64,000 nt of DNA from Escherichia coli (GTDB lineage Bacteria > Pseudomonadota > Gammaproteobacteria > Enterobacterales > Enterobacteriaceae). Shown here piece after piece: positions 45,671 through 57,185 of this stretch (positions are counted from its first letter, which is position 1; every line of letters starts with the position of its first letter). The position numbers and the translations under genes were made by a program. The stretch is from assembly GCF_013122565.1 (NCBI RefSeq), contig NZ_CP053258.1. The stretch is one strand, 5' to 3'. The notes beneath the pieces were generated by a model that saw nothing but the letters and a program-made list of their open reading frames with translations, was not told where the DNA came from and did no database searches.

Positions 45671-48600
45671 GTCTTTTTGTTGACAGAAAACAGAAATCTC
45701 CTGGTCCAGCTCTGCAATGTGTTCTTTTACAGAGTTCAGCAACTGAAGAATTTCAGGCTTACTGTCATCTGAAACAGGTGTTATTTCTAACTGATGGCTA
45801 ATATTAATCAACTTTTGCAAATTCAGGATGTTAGCCGCACCGTGGATGCGATGAATACACTGATGGAAAGTTCTGTTATCGCCAGCTTCTAGTGCATGAA
45901 ACGCAGCGGGTAGATCTTTATGCGTTTCATGCTGGAAAGTCATGAGAATCTCCTGCATCAGTTGTAGATCGTTCGCCGTATTATTTTTCAGGGCTTCGAT
46001 ATCAAGGTGGCGATACTGAGGTGCAATATGCGCAACCTGGTGTAACTGACTTAAATGTGTTTTCAGTACATCCAGGGTCAACGGTTTGAACAAACATAAG
46101 TTCATGCCGCAATTTAACCCTTTTTCACGTTCGTTAGCCTGTGCGTTGGCAGTAAGCCCCCAGATGGGTAAGGAAGAATTTTGCTCACGGAGTTTGCGAG
46201 TCAACTCAAAACCATCCATATTCGGCATATTAACGTCAGTAATAAGCAGATCATAATGTTGCATACTGACTTTGTGTAGCGCTTGCACACCATCAGTGGC
46301 TTCATCAACATCATATCCTAATAGATTTAGCTGGCGTTTGAGTAATAGCCTGTTGGTTGGATGATCATCCGCGATTAATATGCTCAACTTTTCAGGCAGT
46401 GTGATGGGTTGTTCTGCCTTTGCCTCGACAGTCGCCACTTGTTGGATAATTTCTACCGGGATTGTGATCGTAAATGTTGTTCCTATGCCTGGATGACTTT
46501 CTAATGACAAATCGCCCTGCATGTTTTTAATTAATTCTTTGCAGATCATTAAGCCTAAACCAGAACCTGTTTGCTGACGACCTGCACTTGTTTGGCTATA
46601 ACGTTTAAACAGTTGTTGTTGTTCTTCCTGTGATAATCCACTTCCAGAATCCATAATCGTCATTTTGATTACAGCGTGGTTGTCATCAATGTGAACCAGG
46701 GAGGTCGTAATTTTTACTGCCCCCTCGGTGGTAAATTTGAGAGCATTGCTCAGTAAATTAGATAAGACCTGCTTAAACGCCTGAGGGTCGATCTTAACCA
46801 GGTAATGTTCAGGAAACGTACTGCTGCAACTTAATGCGATCGATTTGCTTGCAGCAATCGCACCGAAAGAGTGACAAGTGTTCTGGACTAAAGTAGGGAT
46901 ATCGACCCATTGTGGTTGAAGTTGATAGTTACCCGATTCAATTTTGTCGACATCAAGGATTTCACCAATTAAGCCGAGGAGTGATTGTCCGGTGGCGTAG
47001 GCAAGTGAAATCGCCTCCACCCGTTGCTCCTTGCTAAGACCAGAACCCGACAGAAGTTCCAGGAAGCCCATAATGGAGCTTATTGGTGTTCTTATTTCGT
47101 GACTCATTGTTGCCAGAAACTGGCTTTTTGCGACAGTTGCATTGATCGCTTTATTTCTCTCTACTTCGAGTGCATGAATTAAATCACGCGTCTCGGTAAT
47201 ATCTTGCCAACCACAAATATAAACAGCATGATCGCTGGCTGGCAGATTGCATAATGTATGCCAGTGATTAATGCATCTTTTCTCGATGCCATTATCAATT
47301 TCAAATACCTGTGTGTATATTGTTCGATTTTCTTTCGTTTCTGCTGTGACTTCATGCGCATTAGAAAAAACATCTTTAAAGGGGGAGTCACTGTTTTCTA
47401 ATGGTAACATTGCATTTTTGTAGTAATCCGCAGTGAAATAATGTTCAAAAGCACTATTATGACTAATGACATTACCTTGCCAGTTTACAACATAAGTTGG
47501 ATTCGGTAAGGAATCCGAGAGTGCTTTCCGGAATGATATTTGGTTTTCTAAATCACCCTGAATGACTTTACGACGACGAACTGAGCGTAACAGGTAGAAT
47601 CCCCATAAAAGGCTACTGCCAACTAATAAAACGGATAATGTCGTAACAATATAAAATTGCTCGCTATAGAGGTCCCATGTGTCAATGGTCACATTGGGCA
47701 TTTTAATCCATTTTTCCGTCAGGCGCAGAACTTCGCTTGGGGGAATTGCATTCAGTGCTTTATTAATAATATCCTTAAGTTCTGGTTCTCCACGAGGAAA
47801 AGCGAACGAAAGCGATGCATTCGGAACGCCAGGAATAAGAAAATGATAAAGCTCATTAGGATAGTAATGGTCGATCATATAACGCGAATTTAGCTGTGTC
47901 GCGACCAGAGCATCAAGTTCACCTTCCTTAACCTTGTGAAATGCAGCGCTGGCATTATCGACTTGTATCCACTCAACCTCCGGATACATCTCTTTTAATT
48001 GCGAATGCAGCTCATAATAATATGGAATGGCAACTTTCATTCCTTTTTTTAATGTTTGTTCACTGTCAGGCGCTTTTTGCATGACAAAAACGTATGGTGT
48101 TGTTATGAAAGCTTCTGCAAATGAAACATTATTTTCTCGATCTTCACTATAAATAGCGCCAGGTATTATATCCCATCCACCGGGGCTAAGCTGTGTTCCG
48201 GCATGGATATTGTGTGAAACGGTGATCGGAGAAAAATTTAAACCTGTTTGCAAGGTAATAATATTAAGAATATCCCCCATAACGCCCCGAACCGAGCCAT
48301 TTTCATCCGTCATAGAATAGGGAGGAGAGTAAGGATTTTCCAGCACCTTTAAATCGGGATGTTGTTTAATCCACTGTTTTTCATGTTCAGTGAGTTCTAA
48401 TGGTTTGTTCAGAAAGGCCAGGTTTCCTGTATCAAGCCAATTTTGTGATACTTCATAGCGAACTTCATTTGTTAAAGCATCAACAAATCTATTGAGTACT
48501 TCATTAAGAATGACAGATTCTTTTCTGGTCAAGAAAAAATTATATTGACGCGGCGAGTTATAATATTTCACTACATTTAAGGAGTGAGTGAAATAGCGGG

Positions 48601-49261
48601 AAATCATACTGCTGGTAATGATGTTACTACCAATAAAGTAATCATTCTGTCCGGCTGATACGGATGCTAATGCCTGATATAAATTTGTAAAAGAGATAAT
48701 TGTTGCTTTTGGAAATGATTGATGAATTACCTCGTCTGGGGGGTAATTTGCTACCCGAGCAATATTTACTGGTTTTGGTGAGGTAAGCGGTCGCATTGAG
48801 TCGTGAAGGGTGGTTACCAGCGCCGGAAAGGTAATTATCAATGGTTTGGTTGCAGCAATGTCATTATTAAGAGGCGGCGAAGTAACTAAATGTGATAACA
48901 CTATATCGACTTCACCTTCTGTAAGCGCGTCCATTGCTTTTTGATGATCTGCGTATTCCCGGAGTGTTAATTTGATATTTAACGCTCTTTTTAAAAGATT
49001 TAAATAATCAGCATTAATACCACGAACCTGTTGCTGCGAATCGGTATGCAACAACGTAGCCGTTTGGGACTTGTGTACTGCAATCACAAGATTTTTTTTG
49101 CTCGCTAACCAACGTAATTCCTTGTTGCTCAGACGTACTGGATCAAGTGTGACACGGTTGTTACTACTGATGCCACGATATTCGATGTAATCTTCGTCTG
49201 CGAAACTTATGGTCGACCAAAGACTACAACAGAGAAGAAAAAAATAGGGTAAAAACTTCAT
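45668..49261 (-). CDS. evgS: Hybrid sensor histidine kinase EvgS (tandem periplasmic binding domains, PAS, HisKA, receiver, HPt)
   Basis: 1197-aa ORF with signal peptide, H-box SHEIRTPISSIMGFLELL, receiver ILIADDHPTNRLL and C-terminal HPt. Confidence 0.96.
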   Translation of the reverse strand: MKFLPYFFLLCCSLWSTISFADEDYIEYRGISSNNRVTLDPVRLSNKELRWLASKKNLVIAVHKSQTATLLHTDSQQQVRGINADYLNLLKRALNIKLTLREYADHQKAMDALTEGEVDIVLSHLVTSPPLNNDIAATKPLIITFPALVTTLHDSMRPLTSPKPVNIARVANYPPDEVIHQSFPKATIISFTNLYQALASVSAGQNDYFIGSNIITSSMISRYFTHSLNVVKYYNSPRQYNFFLTRKESVILNEVLNRFVDALTNEVRYEVSQNWLDTGNLAFLNKPLELTEHEKQWIKQHPDLKVLENPYSPPYSMTDENGSVRGVMGDILNIITLQTGLNFSPITVSHNIHAGTQLSPGGWDIIPGAIYSEDRENNVSFAEAFITTPYVFVMQKAPDSEQTLKKGMKVAIPYYYELHSQLKEMYPEVEWIQVDNASAAFHKVKEGELDALVATQLNSRYMIDHYYPNELYHFLIPGVPNASLSFAFPRGEPELKDIINKALNAIPPSEVLRLTEKWIKMPNVTIDTWDLYSEQFYIVTTLSVLLVGSSLLWGFYLLRSVRRRKVIQGDLENQISFRKALSDSLPNPTYVVNWQGNVISHNSAFEHYFTADYYKNAMLPLENSDSPFKDVFSNAHEVTAETKENRTIYTQVFEIDNGIEKRCINHWHTLCNLPASDHAVYICGWQDITETRDLIHALEVERNKAINATVAKSQFLATMSHEIRTPISSIMGFLELLSGSGLSKEQRVEAISLAYATGQSLLGLIGEILDVDKIESGNYQLQPQWVDIPTLVQNTCHSFGAIAASKSIALSCSSTFPEHYLVKIDPQAFKQVLSNLLSNALKFTTEGAVKITTSLVHIDDNHAVIKMTIMDSGSGLSQEEQQQLFKRYSQTSAGRQQTGSGLGLMICKELIKNMQGDLSLESHPGIGTTFTITIPVEIIQQVATVEAKAEQPITLPEKLSILIADDHPTNRLLLKRQLNLLGYDVDEATDGVQALHKVSMQHYDLLITDVNMPNMDGFELTRKLREQNSSLPIWGLTANAQANEREKGLNCGMNLCLFKPLTLDVLKTHLSQLHQVAHIAPQYRHLDIEALKNNTANDLQLMQEILMTFQHETHKDLPAAFHALEAGDNRTFHQCIHRIHGAANILNLQKLINISHQLEITPVSDDSKPEILQLLNSVKEHIAELDQEISVFCQQKD

Positions 49262-49265
49262 GTGA

Positions 49266-49880
49266 TTAGCCGATTTTGTTACGTTGCGCGAATGTGTAAA
49301 GATCCATCAGTGATTTACATTCTAATTTTTCCATCAGGCGACTTTTATACGTGCTGACAGTTTTGTTGCTGATGAACATTTTTTCCGCAATGTCATTATT
49401 ATCCTTGCCATCAAGAATATACCTCATGACACTAATTTCTTGTTTCGATAAGGAGTCGAGTTTTTGCTGGTCGGACGTTAAACTTCCAACAAACCGGTTG
49501 AGAGAGAAGGGGAAATAGCAGTAGCCATTTTTTGCAGCTTCAATAGCCGCAATGATATTGTTCATGCCTTCTTTTTTACTCACGAATCCATTAGCGCCAG
49601 CATCAGCACAATGTTTCCCGTAAAAATGGTCATTTTTAGCGGAGACAATAATAATAATTCCGCTATATTGGCGCTTCCTCAGCGTTTCTAACACCTGGAT
49701 ACCGTTAACTCCGGGGATATCGACATCAATGATGACGATATCAGGCTTAAGTGTTTCCACCCGCTGAACGGCGCTTCCCCCTTCAGTCAACTCCGCTAAG
49801 ATTTCAATATCGTTTTTGATCAATAGATTACGAATTGCTGCGATAGCAAGAGGATGGTCATCAATAATTATTGCGTTCAT
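49266..49880 (-). CDS. evgA: Response regulator EvgA (NarL/FixJ family)
   Basis: 204-aa ORF MNAIIIDDHPLAIAAIRNLL... with LuxR-type HTH. Confidence 0.96.
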   Translation of the reverse strand: MNAIIIDDHPLAIAAIRNLLIKNDIEILAELTEGGSAVQRVETLKPDIVIIDVDIPGVNGIQVLETLRKRQYSGIIIIVSAKNDHFYGKHCADAGANGFVSKKEGMNNIIAAIEAAKNGYCYFPFSLNRFVGSLTSDQQKLDSLSKQEISVMRYILDGKDNNDIAEKMFISNKTVSTYKSRLMEKLECKSLMDLYTFAQRNKIG

Positions 49881-50104
49881 AGATTATTCCCTTTGCAATG
49901 AAGCATCTCCCTTCTCCCTGTAGTAATACAGACATAAGGCGTCATCTCATTTTCTCAATAAAAATAAGAAAATCCGAGCTTCCTTTAAGATAATTCGAAA
50001 AGTATACCATATAAATAGTCGGCATAAATGAAATGTCAACAATAAAATTAGGGATTATACCGATGATTTATAGTTTCAAGTTAGCACTATAAGTCTTCTC
50101 ACTA

Positions 50105-50122
50105 ATCCTACAGGCGTAAGAA
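50105..50122 (+). promoter_or_regulatory. Candidate EvgA box in the evgA-emrK divergent region
   Basis: ATCCTACA-GG-CGTAAGAA, imperfect match to TTCPyTACA-N2-TGTAPuGAA, about 175 bp upstream of emrK. Confidence 0.4.
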
Positions 50123-50295
50123 TTGTATTGCAAAGGCCACGGTTTAGTCCTCTGTTGTTTTTTTTGCACCTCATTTAAATTAGGCCTCCAACGTTCCTGG
50201 GATAATGTGCAACACATGCACTGTGTTTGATATGAAGAATGAATATTCTTTTCATTCAATTCATAAATTTCATCTACGCGAAATGAGAGATAATA

Positions 50296-51459
50296 GTGGA
50301 ACAGATTAATTCAAATAAAAAACATTCTAACAGAAGAAAATACTTTTCTTTATTGGCGATAGTTTTATTTATTGCGTTTTCAGGTGCTTATGCCTATTGG
50401 TCAATGGAATTAGAAGACATGATTAGTACAGATGACGCCTATGTCACGGGGAATGCAGATCCAATTTCTGCGCAAGTCTCAGGTAGTGTCACTGTCGTTA
50501 ATCATAAAGATACGAACTACGTTCGACAGGGTGACATTTTAGTTTCACTGGATAAAACTGATGCCACTATCGCACTCAATAAAGCTAAAAATAATCTGGC
50601 AAATATTGTTCGGCAAACGAATAAACTGTACTTACAGGATAAACAATACAGTGCCGAAGTCGCTTCAGCACGTATTCAGTATCAACAATCTTTAGAAGAT
50701 TATAACCGTCGTGTGCCTTTAGCGAAGCAGGGGGTTATTTCAAAAGAAACGCTGGAGCATACCAAAGATACGTTAATAAGTAGCAAAGCGGCATTGAATG
50801 CCGCTATCCAGGCTTATAAAGCGAATAAAGCTTTAGTAATGAACACACCATTAAACCGTCAGCCACAAGTCGTTGAAGCGGCGGATGCAACCAAAGAAGC
50901 CTGGTTGGCGCTTAAACGTACGGATATTAAGAGTCCGGTTACCGGCTATATTGCCCAGAGAAGTGTTCAGGTCGGCGAAACAGTGAGTCCCGGACAATCG
51001 TTAATGGCTGTCGTACCGGCACGTCAAATGTGGGTTAATGCCAACTTTAAAGAAACACAACTCACGGATGTACGGATTGGTCAATCGGTCAATATTATCA
51101 GCGATCTTTATGGTGAGAATGTTGTGTTTCATGGTCGGGTGACAGGGATCAATATGGGAACCGGTAATGCGTTCTCCTTATTACCTGCACAAAATGCGAC
51201 AGGGAACTGGATCAAAATCGTTCAGCGTGTACCGGTTGAAGTTTCTCTTGATCCAAAAGAACTCATGGAACACCCCTTGCGCATTGGTTTATCGATGACT
51301 GCAACTATTGATACGAAGAACGAAGACATTGCTGAGATGCCTGAGCTGGCTTCAACCGTGACGTCCATGCCGGCTTATACCAGTAAGGCTTTAGTTATCG
51401 ATACCAGTCCGATAGAAAAAGAAATTAGCAACATTATTTCGCATAATGGACAACTTTAA
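50296..51459 (+). CDS. emrK: Multidrug efflux membrane fusion protein (EmrA paralogue)
   Basis: 387-aa ORF with single N-terminal TM and HlyD-type coiled-coil / biotinyl-like regions. Confidence 0.93.
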   Translation: MEQINSNKKHSNRRKYFSLLAIVLFIAFSGAYAYWSMELEDMISTDDAYVTGNADPISAQVSGSVTVVNHKDTNYVRQGDILVSLDKTDATIALNKAKNNLANIVRQTNKLYLQDKQYSAEVASARIQYQQSLEDYNRRVPLAKQGVISKETLEHTKDTLISSKAALNAAIQAYKANKALVMNTPLNRQPQVVEAADATKEAWLALKRTDIKSPVTGYIAQRSVQVGETVSPGQSLMAVVPARQMWVNANFKETQLTDVRIGQSVNIISDLYGENVVFHGRVTGINMGTGNAFSLLPAQNATGNWIKIVQRVPVEVSLDPKELMEHPLRIGLSMTATIDTKNEDIAEMPELASTVTSMPAYTSKALVIDTSPIEKEISNIISHNGQL

Positions 51460-52997
51460 TGGCAATTACTAAATCAACTCCGGCACCATTAACCGGTGGG
51501 ACGTTATGGTGCGTCACTATTGCATTATCATTAGCGACGTTTATGCAAATGTTGGATTCCACTATTTCTAACGTCGCAATACCGACAATATCTGGCTTTC
51601 TGGGAGCATCAACAGACGAAGGCACCTGGGTTATCACCTCGTTTGGCGTAGCAAATGCTATTGCGATCCCTGTTACCGGCAGGCTGGCACAAAGAATAGG
51701 CGAATTAAGGTTATTTTTACTTTCAGTCACTTTTTTTTCGCTGTCTTCATTAATGTGTAGTTTATCGACCAATCTTGATGTGCTGATATTTTTTAGAGTC
51801 GTTCAGGGATTAATGGCGGGGCCGTTAATTCCACTGTCACAGAGTTTATTATTAAGGAATTATCCACCAGAAAAAAGAACATTTGCTCTGGCATTATGGT
51901 CTATGACCGTGATTATCGCTCCGATATGTGGGCCGATATTGGGCGGTTATATTTGTGATAACTTTAGCTGGGGTTGGATATTTTTAATCAATGTCCCTAT
52001 GGGGATTATCGTCCTGACATTATGCTTAACCTTACTTAAAGGAAGAGAAACTGAGACTTCACCGGTCAAAATGAATCTACCAGGACTGACCCTGTTAGTG
52101 CTCGGTGTTGGTGGCTTGCAAATTATGCTTGATAAAGGGCGGGATCTGGATTGGTTCAACTCGAGTACAATAATAATATTAACAGTAGTATCAGTTATTT
52201 CTCTGATCTCTTTAGTCATTTGGGAGTCGACCTCAGAGAACCCGATTCTTGACCTCAGTTTGTTTAAGTCCCGTAACTTCACCATTGGTATTGTGAGTAT
52301 CACCTGCGCGTATTTATTTTACTCTGGAGCGATAGTCCTTATGCCGCAGTTACTCCAGGAAACGATGGGGTATAATGCGATATGGGCCGGGCTTGCTTAT
52401 GCGCCCATCGGCATCATGCCACTATTAATTTCACCTTTGATAGGACGTTATGGCAACAAAATTGACATGCGGGTGTTGGTGACATTTAGTTTTTTGATGT
52501 ATGCGGTTTGCTATTACTGGCGTTCTGTGACATTTATGCCAACGATTGATTTTACAGGTATCATTTTGCCGCAGTTTTTTCAGGGATTCGCCGTTGCCTG
52601 TTTCTTTTTACCCTTAACAACAATTTCGTTTTCAGGCTTGCCAGATAATAAATTTGCCAATGCCTCGAGTATGAGTAATTTTTTTCGTACCTTGTCAGGA
52701 TCAGTTGGTACGTCGTTGACAATGACGCTGTGGGGACGACGCGAATCGTTACACCATAGTCAGTTAACAGCAACCATCGATCAATTTAACCCGGTGTTTA
52801 ATTCATCGTCACAAATTATGGATAAATACTATGGTTCGCTTTCAGGAGTTCTTAATGAAATTAATAATGAAATAACCCAGCAGTCACTTTCTATTTCTGC
52901 AAATGAGATTTTCCGTATGGCGGCTATTGCTTTTATCTTACTTACGGTTTTGGTTTGGTTTGCGAAACCGCCGTTTACAGCGAAAGGCGTTGGGTGA
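51459..52997 (+). CDS. emrY: MFS multidrug efflux pump (EmrB paralogue, 14-TM DHA2)
   Basis: 512-aa polytopic ORF whose start overlaps the emrK stop. Confidence 0.93.
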   Translation: MAITKSTPAPLTGGTLWCVTIALSLATFMQMLDSTISNVAIPTISGFLGASTDEGTWVITSFGVANAIAIPVTGRLAQRIGELRLFLLSVTFFSLSSLMCSLSTNLDVLIFFRVVQGLMAGPLIPLSQSLLLRNYPPEKRTFALALWSMTVIIAPICGPILGGYICDNFSWGWIFLINVPMGIIVLTLCLTLLKGRETETSPVKMNLPGLTLLVLGVGGLQIMLDKGRDLDWFNSSTIIILTVVSVISLISLVIWESTSENPILDLSLFKSRNFTIGIVSITCAYLFYSGAIVLMPQLLQETMGYNAIWAGLAYAPIGIMPLLISPLIGRYGNKIDMRVLVTFSFLMYAVCYYWRSVTFMPTIDFTGIILPQFFQGFAVACFFLPLTTISFSGLPDNKFANASSMSNFFRTLSGSVGTSLTMTLWGRRESLHHSQLTATIDQFNPVFNSSSQIMDKYYGSLSGVLNEINNEITQQSLSISANEIFRMAAIAFILLTVLVWFAKPPFTAKGVG

Positions 52998-53104
52998 TGG
53001 TAAAAGGAGGGGGTTATAGCAGGTAAGACCGGGGATCTTAAGTCTGCGCCATTGGCAGCATCGCTCACCCAAGGAAAGGATGGCGATGCTGAATTGAAAA
53101 TTAA

Positions 53105-54433
53105 TTAGTGGCCTTTTGCCAGATATTGCTCCATCTCTTCTTCCGGCACCATTCCACCTCCCGTCGCCCACACCAGATGAGTGGCATTATGCAGTTGTTC
53201 TGCGCTGAAACCGTGCATCTGTTGGTAACTTACTGATGCGCACACGCGCTGAGGCCCGGCCATACCCGCCAGTGCCGAAGGTTCAAGACGAATACCTTCT
53301 TCCTGCGCCAGCCAGCCAAGCATGTCATACATGGTTTGATCGCTAAGGGTGTAGAAGCCATCCAGTAGACGCTCCATTGCCCGCCCGACAAAGCCTGATG
53401 CGCGACCAACTGCAAGGCCATCCGCTGCGGTAAGGTTGTCGATACCAATATCCTGAACAGAAATCTGATCGTGTAATCCTGTATGGACGCCTAACAGCAT
53501 ACAAGGGGAGTGCGTTGGTTCGGCAAAAAAGCAGTGAACATGATCGCCAAATGCCAGTTTAAGCCCGAATGCGACGCCACCAGGACCACCGCCAACACCA
53601 CACGGCAGATAGACAAACAGAGGGTTATCAGCATCGACAATACGACCTTGCTCGGCAAATTGCGCTTTAAGACGCTGGCCTGCGACGGAATACCCAAGGA
53701 ACAACGTGCGGGAATTCTCGTCATCAATAAAGAAACAGTTCGGGTCAGACTGCGCTGCTTTACGTCCTTCCTCGACTGCAACACCATAATCTTGCTCATA
53801 TTCCACGACCGTAACGCCATGGCTGCGCAGTTTCGCTTTTTTCCATGCCCGGGCATCAGCAGACATATGTACTGTCACCTTAAAGCCAATGCGGGCGCTC
53901 ATAATGCCGATTGATAACCCCAGATTTCCGGTTGAGCCCACAGCAATGCTGTATTGGCTAAAGAACTGTTTAAACTCCGGAGAAAGCAGTTTGCTGTAGT
54001 CATCTTCAAGCGTCAGCAACCCCGCTTCCAGAGCCAGTTTTTCTGCATGTGCCAGGACTTCATAAATCCCGCCGCGTGCTTTTATGGAGCCGGAAATGGG
54101 CAAATGGCTATCTTTTTTCAGTAGCAGTTGCCCGCTGATCGGTTGTTGATATTCCTTTTCCAGCCGTTTTTGCATAGCCGGAATGGCAACCAGTTCTGAT
54201 TCAATAATCCCCCCAGTAGCAGCAGTTTCAGGAAATGCTTTTGCCAGATAGGGTGCAAAACGAGATAAGCGCGCATGGGCGTCCTGAACATCCTGTTCGG
54301 TCAGGCCAACATAAGGTAAACCTTCAGCCAATGAGGTCGTGTCAGGATTAAACCAGGTGGTTTCTTTAAGAGCAACCAGATCCTTTACCAACGGATACTG
54401 GGCGATGAGCGAGTTCATTTTAGCGTTTTCCAT
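53105..54433 (-). CDS. dsdA: D-serine dehydratase (ammonia-lyase), PLP-dependent
   Basis: 442-aa [33 protein letters not shown]... with PLP-Lys SGSIKARGG. Confidence 0.96.
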   Translation of the reverse strand: MENAKMNSLIAQYPLVKDLVALKETTWFNPDTTSLAEGLPYVGLTEQDVQDAHARLSRFAPYLAKAFPETAATGGIIESELVAIPAMQKRLEKEYQQPISGQLLLKKDSHLPISGSIKARGGIYEVLAHAEKLALEAGLLTLEDDYSKLLSPEFKQFFSQYSIAVGSTGNLGLSIGIMSARIGFKVTVHMSADARAWKKAKLRSHGVTVVEYEQDYGVAVEEGRKAAQSDPNCFFIDDENSRTLFLGYSVAGQRLKAQFAEQGRIVDADNPLFVYLPCGVGGGPGGVAFGLKLAFGDHVHCFFAEPTHSPCMLLGVHTGLHDQISVQDIGIDNLTAADGLAVGRASGFVGRAMERLLDGFYTLSDQTMYDMLGWLAQEEGIRLEPSALAGMAGPQRVCASVSYQQMHGFSAEQLHNATHLVWATGGGMVPEEEMEQYLAKGH

Positions 54434-54450
54434 AGTACGTCTCTTTGCGC

Positions 54451-55788
54451 TTAGATGATAAATGACAGCAGGAATGTGCCCGCCAGAGCGACGACTGAAG
54501 CGATAAATGTCGCGGTCGTATAGTATTTAAATGTTTCATTGAGCGTAGCGCCGCAATATTGCTTCACCAGCCAGAAAAGCGAGTCCGTAACGATCGTGCA
54601 GCCAATTGCGCCTGAACCGATAGCAATCGCAATAATTTCCGGGCTGATGTCGGGATACAGCGGCAGCATGGGTGCAACAATTGCCGTTGCCCCCATCATT
54701 GCCACGGTAGCGGAGCCCACTGCCGCATGCAGAATAAGAGCCACTAACCAGGCCAGAAGAATCGGGTGCATATGCATATTGGAGAGAATAACTGCCAGCG
54801 TATCAGCGAGACTGCTGCTTTTTAAAATGGCGTTAAATGCGCCTCCGGCCCCGATAATCAGCAAAATATTAGCAATAGAACCGAAGCCATTTTCCGTATG
54901 TGTGAGCATCGTCCCCATGCTCATATGCTGGCGTATACCCAACACATAATAGGCGACAAACACGGCGATAAACATGGCAGTGATAGGGTTGCCAATAAAC
55001 TCAAGCAAGGTATACAAACCACTCTCACGCGCCATATTCAATTCGGCAATCGTTTTAACCAACATCAGCGCAATGGGTAGCAGTATGGTGAATAACGTTG
55101 CGCCTAATGACGGTAGTGTTTTTTCATCGCGAACTTTGAGATCGGCAAACTCTGTTGGTACAGGTTTAAAGGGCAGTCGTTGACCCAGAATTTTAAGGAA
55201 AAGTGGGCCACCGATCAGTGATGCCATCAGCCCAACCAGCAAACCGTAGACGATCACCGAACCGATATCTGCGCCCAGCTTATTGGCAACATATAAAGCA
55301 GCCGGATGTGGAGGAACCACGCAGTGCACTGCCATCAATGCGGTACACAGCGGAATGGCCAGCTTTAACAATGAGGTATTGGTTTTTTTGGCAATTGAAA
55401 AAGCCAGAGGAATCAATAGCACGACGCCCACTTCAACAAACAGCGTGATGCCACAAATCAGGCCAACCAGTACCATAATGACATCAGCTGAAAGCCAGCG
55501 ACAGCGCTGAAGTGTCAGACCAATTCTTTCTGCGGCCCCGGATACTTCCATCATTTTTCCCAGTATCGTGCCAAGGCCGATAACCGCAGCGAGGAAACCC
55601 AGCGTTCCGCCAATTCCACTTTCAATAGCATTTACCATATCCAGTGGCCCCATGCCCATCATCGTTCCCACGAAGAAGCTGGCCAGCAACAGCGCCAGAA
55701 ACGGGTGGAATTTGAACTTCACGATGGTCAGTACAATTAACACGATGCTGATAAGCAGCGTGCTCACAACCCAGATTTGAGAGTGCAT
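54451..55788 (-). CDS. dsdX: D-serine permease (GntP family)
   Basis: 445-aa polytopic ORF directly upstream of dsdA. Confidence 0.93.
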   Translation of the reverse strand: MHSQIWVVSTLLISIVLIVLTIVKFKFHPFLALLLASFFVGTMMGMGPLDMVNAIESGIGGTLGFLAAVIGLGTILGKMMEVSGAAERIGLTLQRCRWLSADVIMVLVGLICGITLFVEVGVVLLIPLAFSIAKKTNTSLLKLAIPLCTALMAVHCVVPPHPAALYVANKLGADIGSVIVYGLLVGLMASLIGGPLFLKILGQRLPFKPVPTEFADLKVRDEKTLPSLGATLFTILLPIALMLVKTIAELNMARESGLYTLLEFIGNPITAMFIAVFVAYYVLGIRQHMSMGTMLTHTENGFGSIANILLIIGAGGAFNAILKSSSLADTLAVILSNMHMHPILLAWLVALILHAAVGSATVAMMGATAIVAPMLPLYPDISPEIIAIAIGSGAIGCTIVTDSLFWLVKQYCGATLNETFKYYTTATFIASVVALAGTFLLSFII

Positions 55789-56005
55789 ATCTCACCTTCC
55801 CCTGTGATTAACCTGATGATATTGGACAAAAAAACAACGCAGGCTGACAAACGATAAAATTTGCCTTTCACATGAGATAAATTGCATCAAGGGAGTGATT
55901 TACATCTAAAAATGAAGGTGAATTGCGATATGGTTCACTTTAGCTCACCTTACAGCTGAAATTTTGCCGCTATTTTTTTACACTTAAGAGAAAAATGAGG
56001 TGAGT

Positions 56006-56941
56006 ATGGAACCCCTTCGTGAAATAAGAAATCGACTGCTTAACGGCTGGCAACTATCAAAAATGCATACTTTTGAAGTGGCTGCCAGGCATCAGTCCTT
56101 CGCCCTGGCGGCAGAGGAATTGTCGCTGAGCCCCAGTGCGGTAAGTCACCGTATCAATCAGCTGGAAGAAGAATTGGGTATTCAGTTGTTTGTTCGTTCC
56201 CATCGCAAAGTGGAATTAACGCACGAGGGGAAACGCGTTTATTGGGCGCTAAAATCGTCGCTGGATACCCTGAACCAGGAAATTCTTGATATCAAAAATC
56301 AGGAGTTATCGGGAACGTTAACTCTGTATTCCCGGCCCTCTATCGCTCAATGCTGGTTGGTGCCCGCATTAGGTGACTTTACACGCCGCTATCCGTCTAT
56401 TTCGCTCACCGTGCTCACTGGTAATGACAATGTCAATCTGCAACGTGCCGGAATCGATTTGGCAATCTACTTTGATGACGCGCCGTCAGCGCAACTGACT
56501 CATCACTTTCTGATGGATGAAGAAATCCTGCCTGTATGTAGCCCGGAATACGCTCAAAGACATGCTTTAACCAACACGATAATTAACCTGCGCCACTGTA
56601 CGTTGCTCCATGACAGACAGGCATGGAGCAACGACTCCGGAACGGATGAATGGCATAGTTGGGCGCAACATTATGAGGTTAATTTGCCGACATCTTCTGG
56701 AATTGGCTTTGATCGCTCTGATTTAGCCGTTATCGCCGCAATGAATCATGTTGGGGTGGCGATGGGAAGAAAACGCCTGGTACAAAAAAGGCTTGCCAGT
56801 GGTGAGCTCGTCGCGCCGTTTGGCGATATGACGGTGAAATGCCATCAGCATTATTACATCACCACATTACCGGGCAGGCAGTGGCCAAAAATTGAAGCGT
56901 TTATTACCTGGTTAAGAGAACAGGTAAAAACCACTTCATAA
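56006..56941 (+). CDS. dsdC: LysR-type activator of dsdXA
   Basis: ORF 56000-56941; start placed at MEPLREIRN (MSMEPL at 56000 also possible); LysR HTH FEVAARHQSFALAAEELSLSPSAVSHRI. Confidence 0.92.
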   Translation: MEPLREIRNRLLNGWQLSKMHTFEVAARHQSFALAAEELSLSPSAVSHRINQLEEELGIQLFVRSHRKVELTHEGKRVYWALKSSLDTLNQEILDIKNQELSGTLTLYSRPSIAQCWLVPALGDFTRRYPSISLTVLTGNDNVNLQRAGIDLAIYFDDAPSAQLTHHFLMDEEILPVCSPEYAQRHALTNTIINLRHCTLLHDRQAWSNDSGTDEWHSWAQHYEVNLPTSSGIGFDRSDLAVIAAMNHVGVAMGRKRLVQKRLASGELVAPFGDMTVKCHQHYYITTLPGRQWPKIEAFITWLREQVKTTS

Positions 56942-57035
56942 TGAATAAAACTACGAGTTCCGGGTGTGCCTTATTCGGCCTGCTAGTTCGAATTTAATTT
57001 ACGGTTTTTTGTGGTTTTAGGGATAAATACAAGGA

Positions 57036-57110
57036 TGGTGTCCCCTGCAGGAATCGAACCTGCAATTAGCCCTTAGGAGGGGCTCGTTATATCCATTTAA
57101 CTAAGAGGAC
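57036..57110 (-). tRNA. argW: tRNA-Arg (anticodon CCU)
   Basis: Reverse complement reads GTCCTCTTAGTTAAATGGATATAACGAGCCCCTCCTAAGGGCTAATTGCAGGTTCGATTCCTGCAGGGGACACCA. Confidence 0.93.
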
Positions 57111-57185
57111 AATGCGGCATGAGTATACCCGCTAATGGACTGCGGGGTAAGTACGCTGCCGCTCGATTGCTTAAACCCTCGCCAT

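Noticed and set aside
52998-53104. 107-bp emrY-dsdA convergent spacer as a possible small RNA
   Set aside because: No clear promoter or terminator structure is readable; left uncalled.
56942-57035. Possible prophage att remnant between dsdC and argW
   Set aside because: Only a 7-bp coincidence (ttcgaac) with the tRNA 3' region was seen by eye; not enough to call an att scar.
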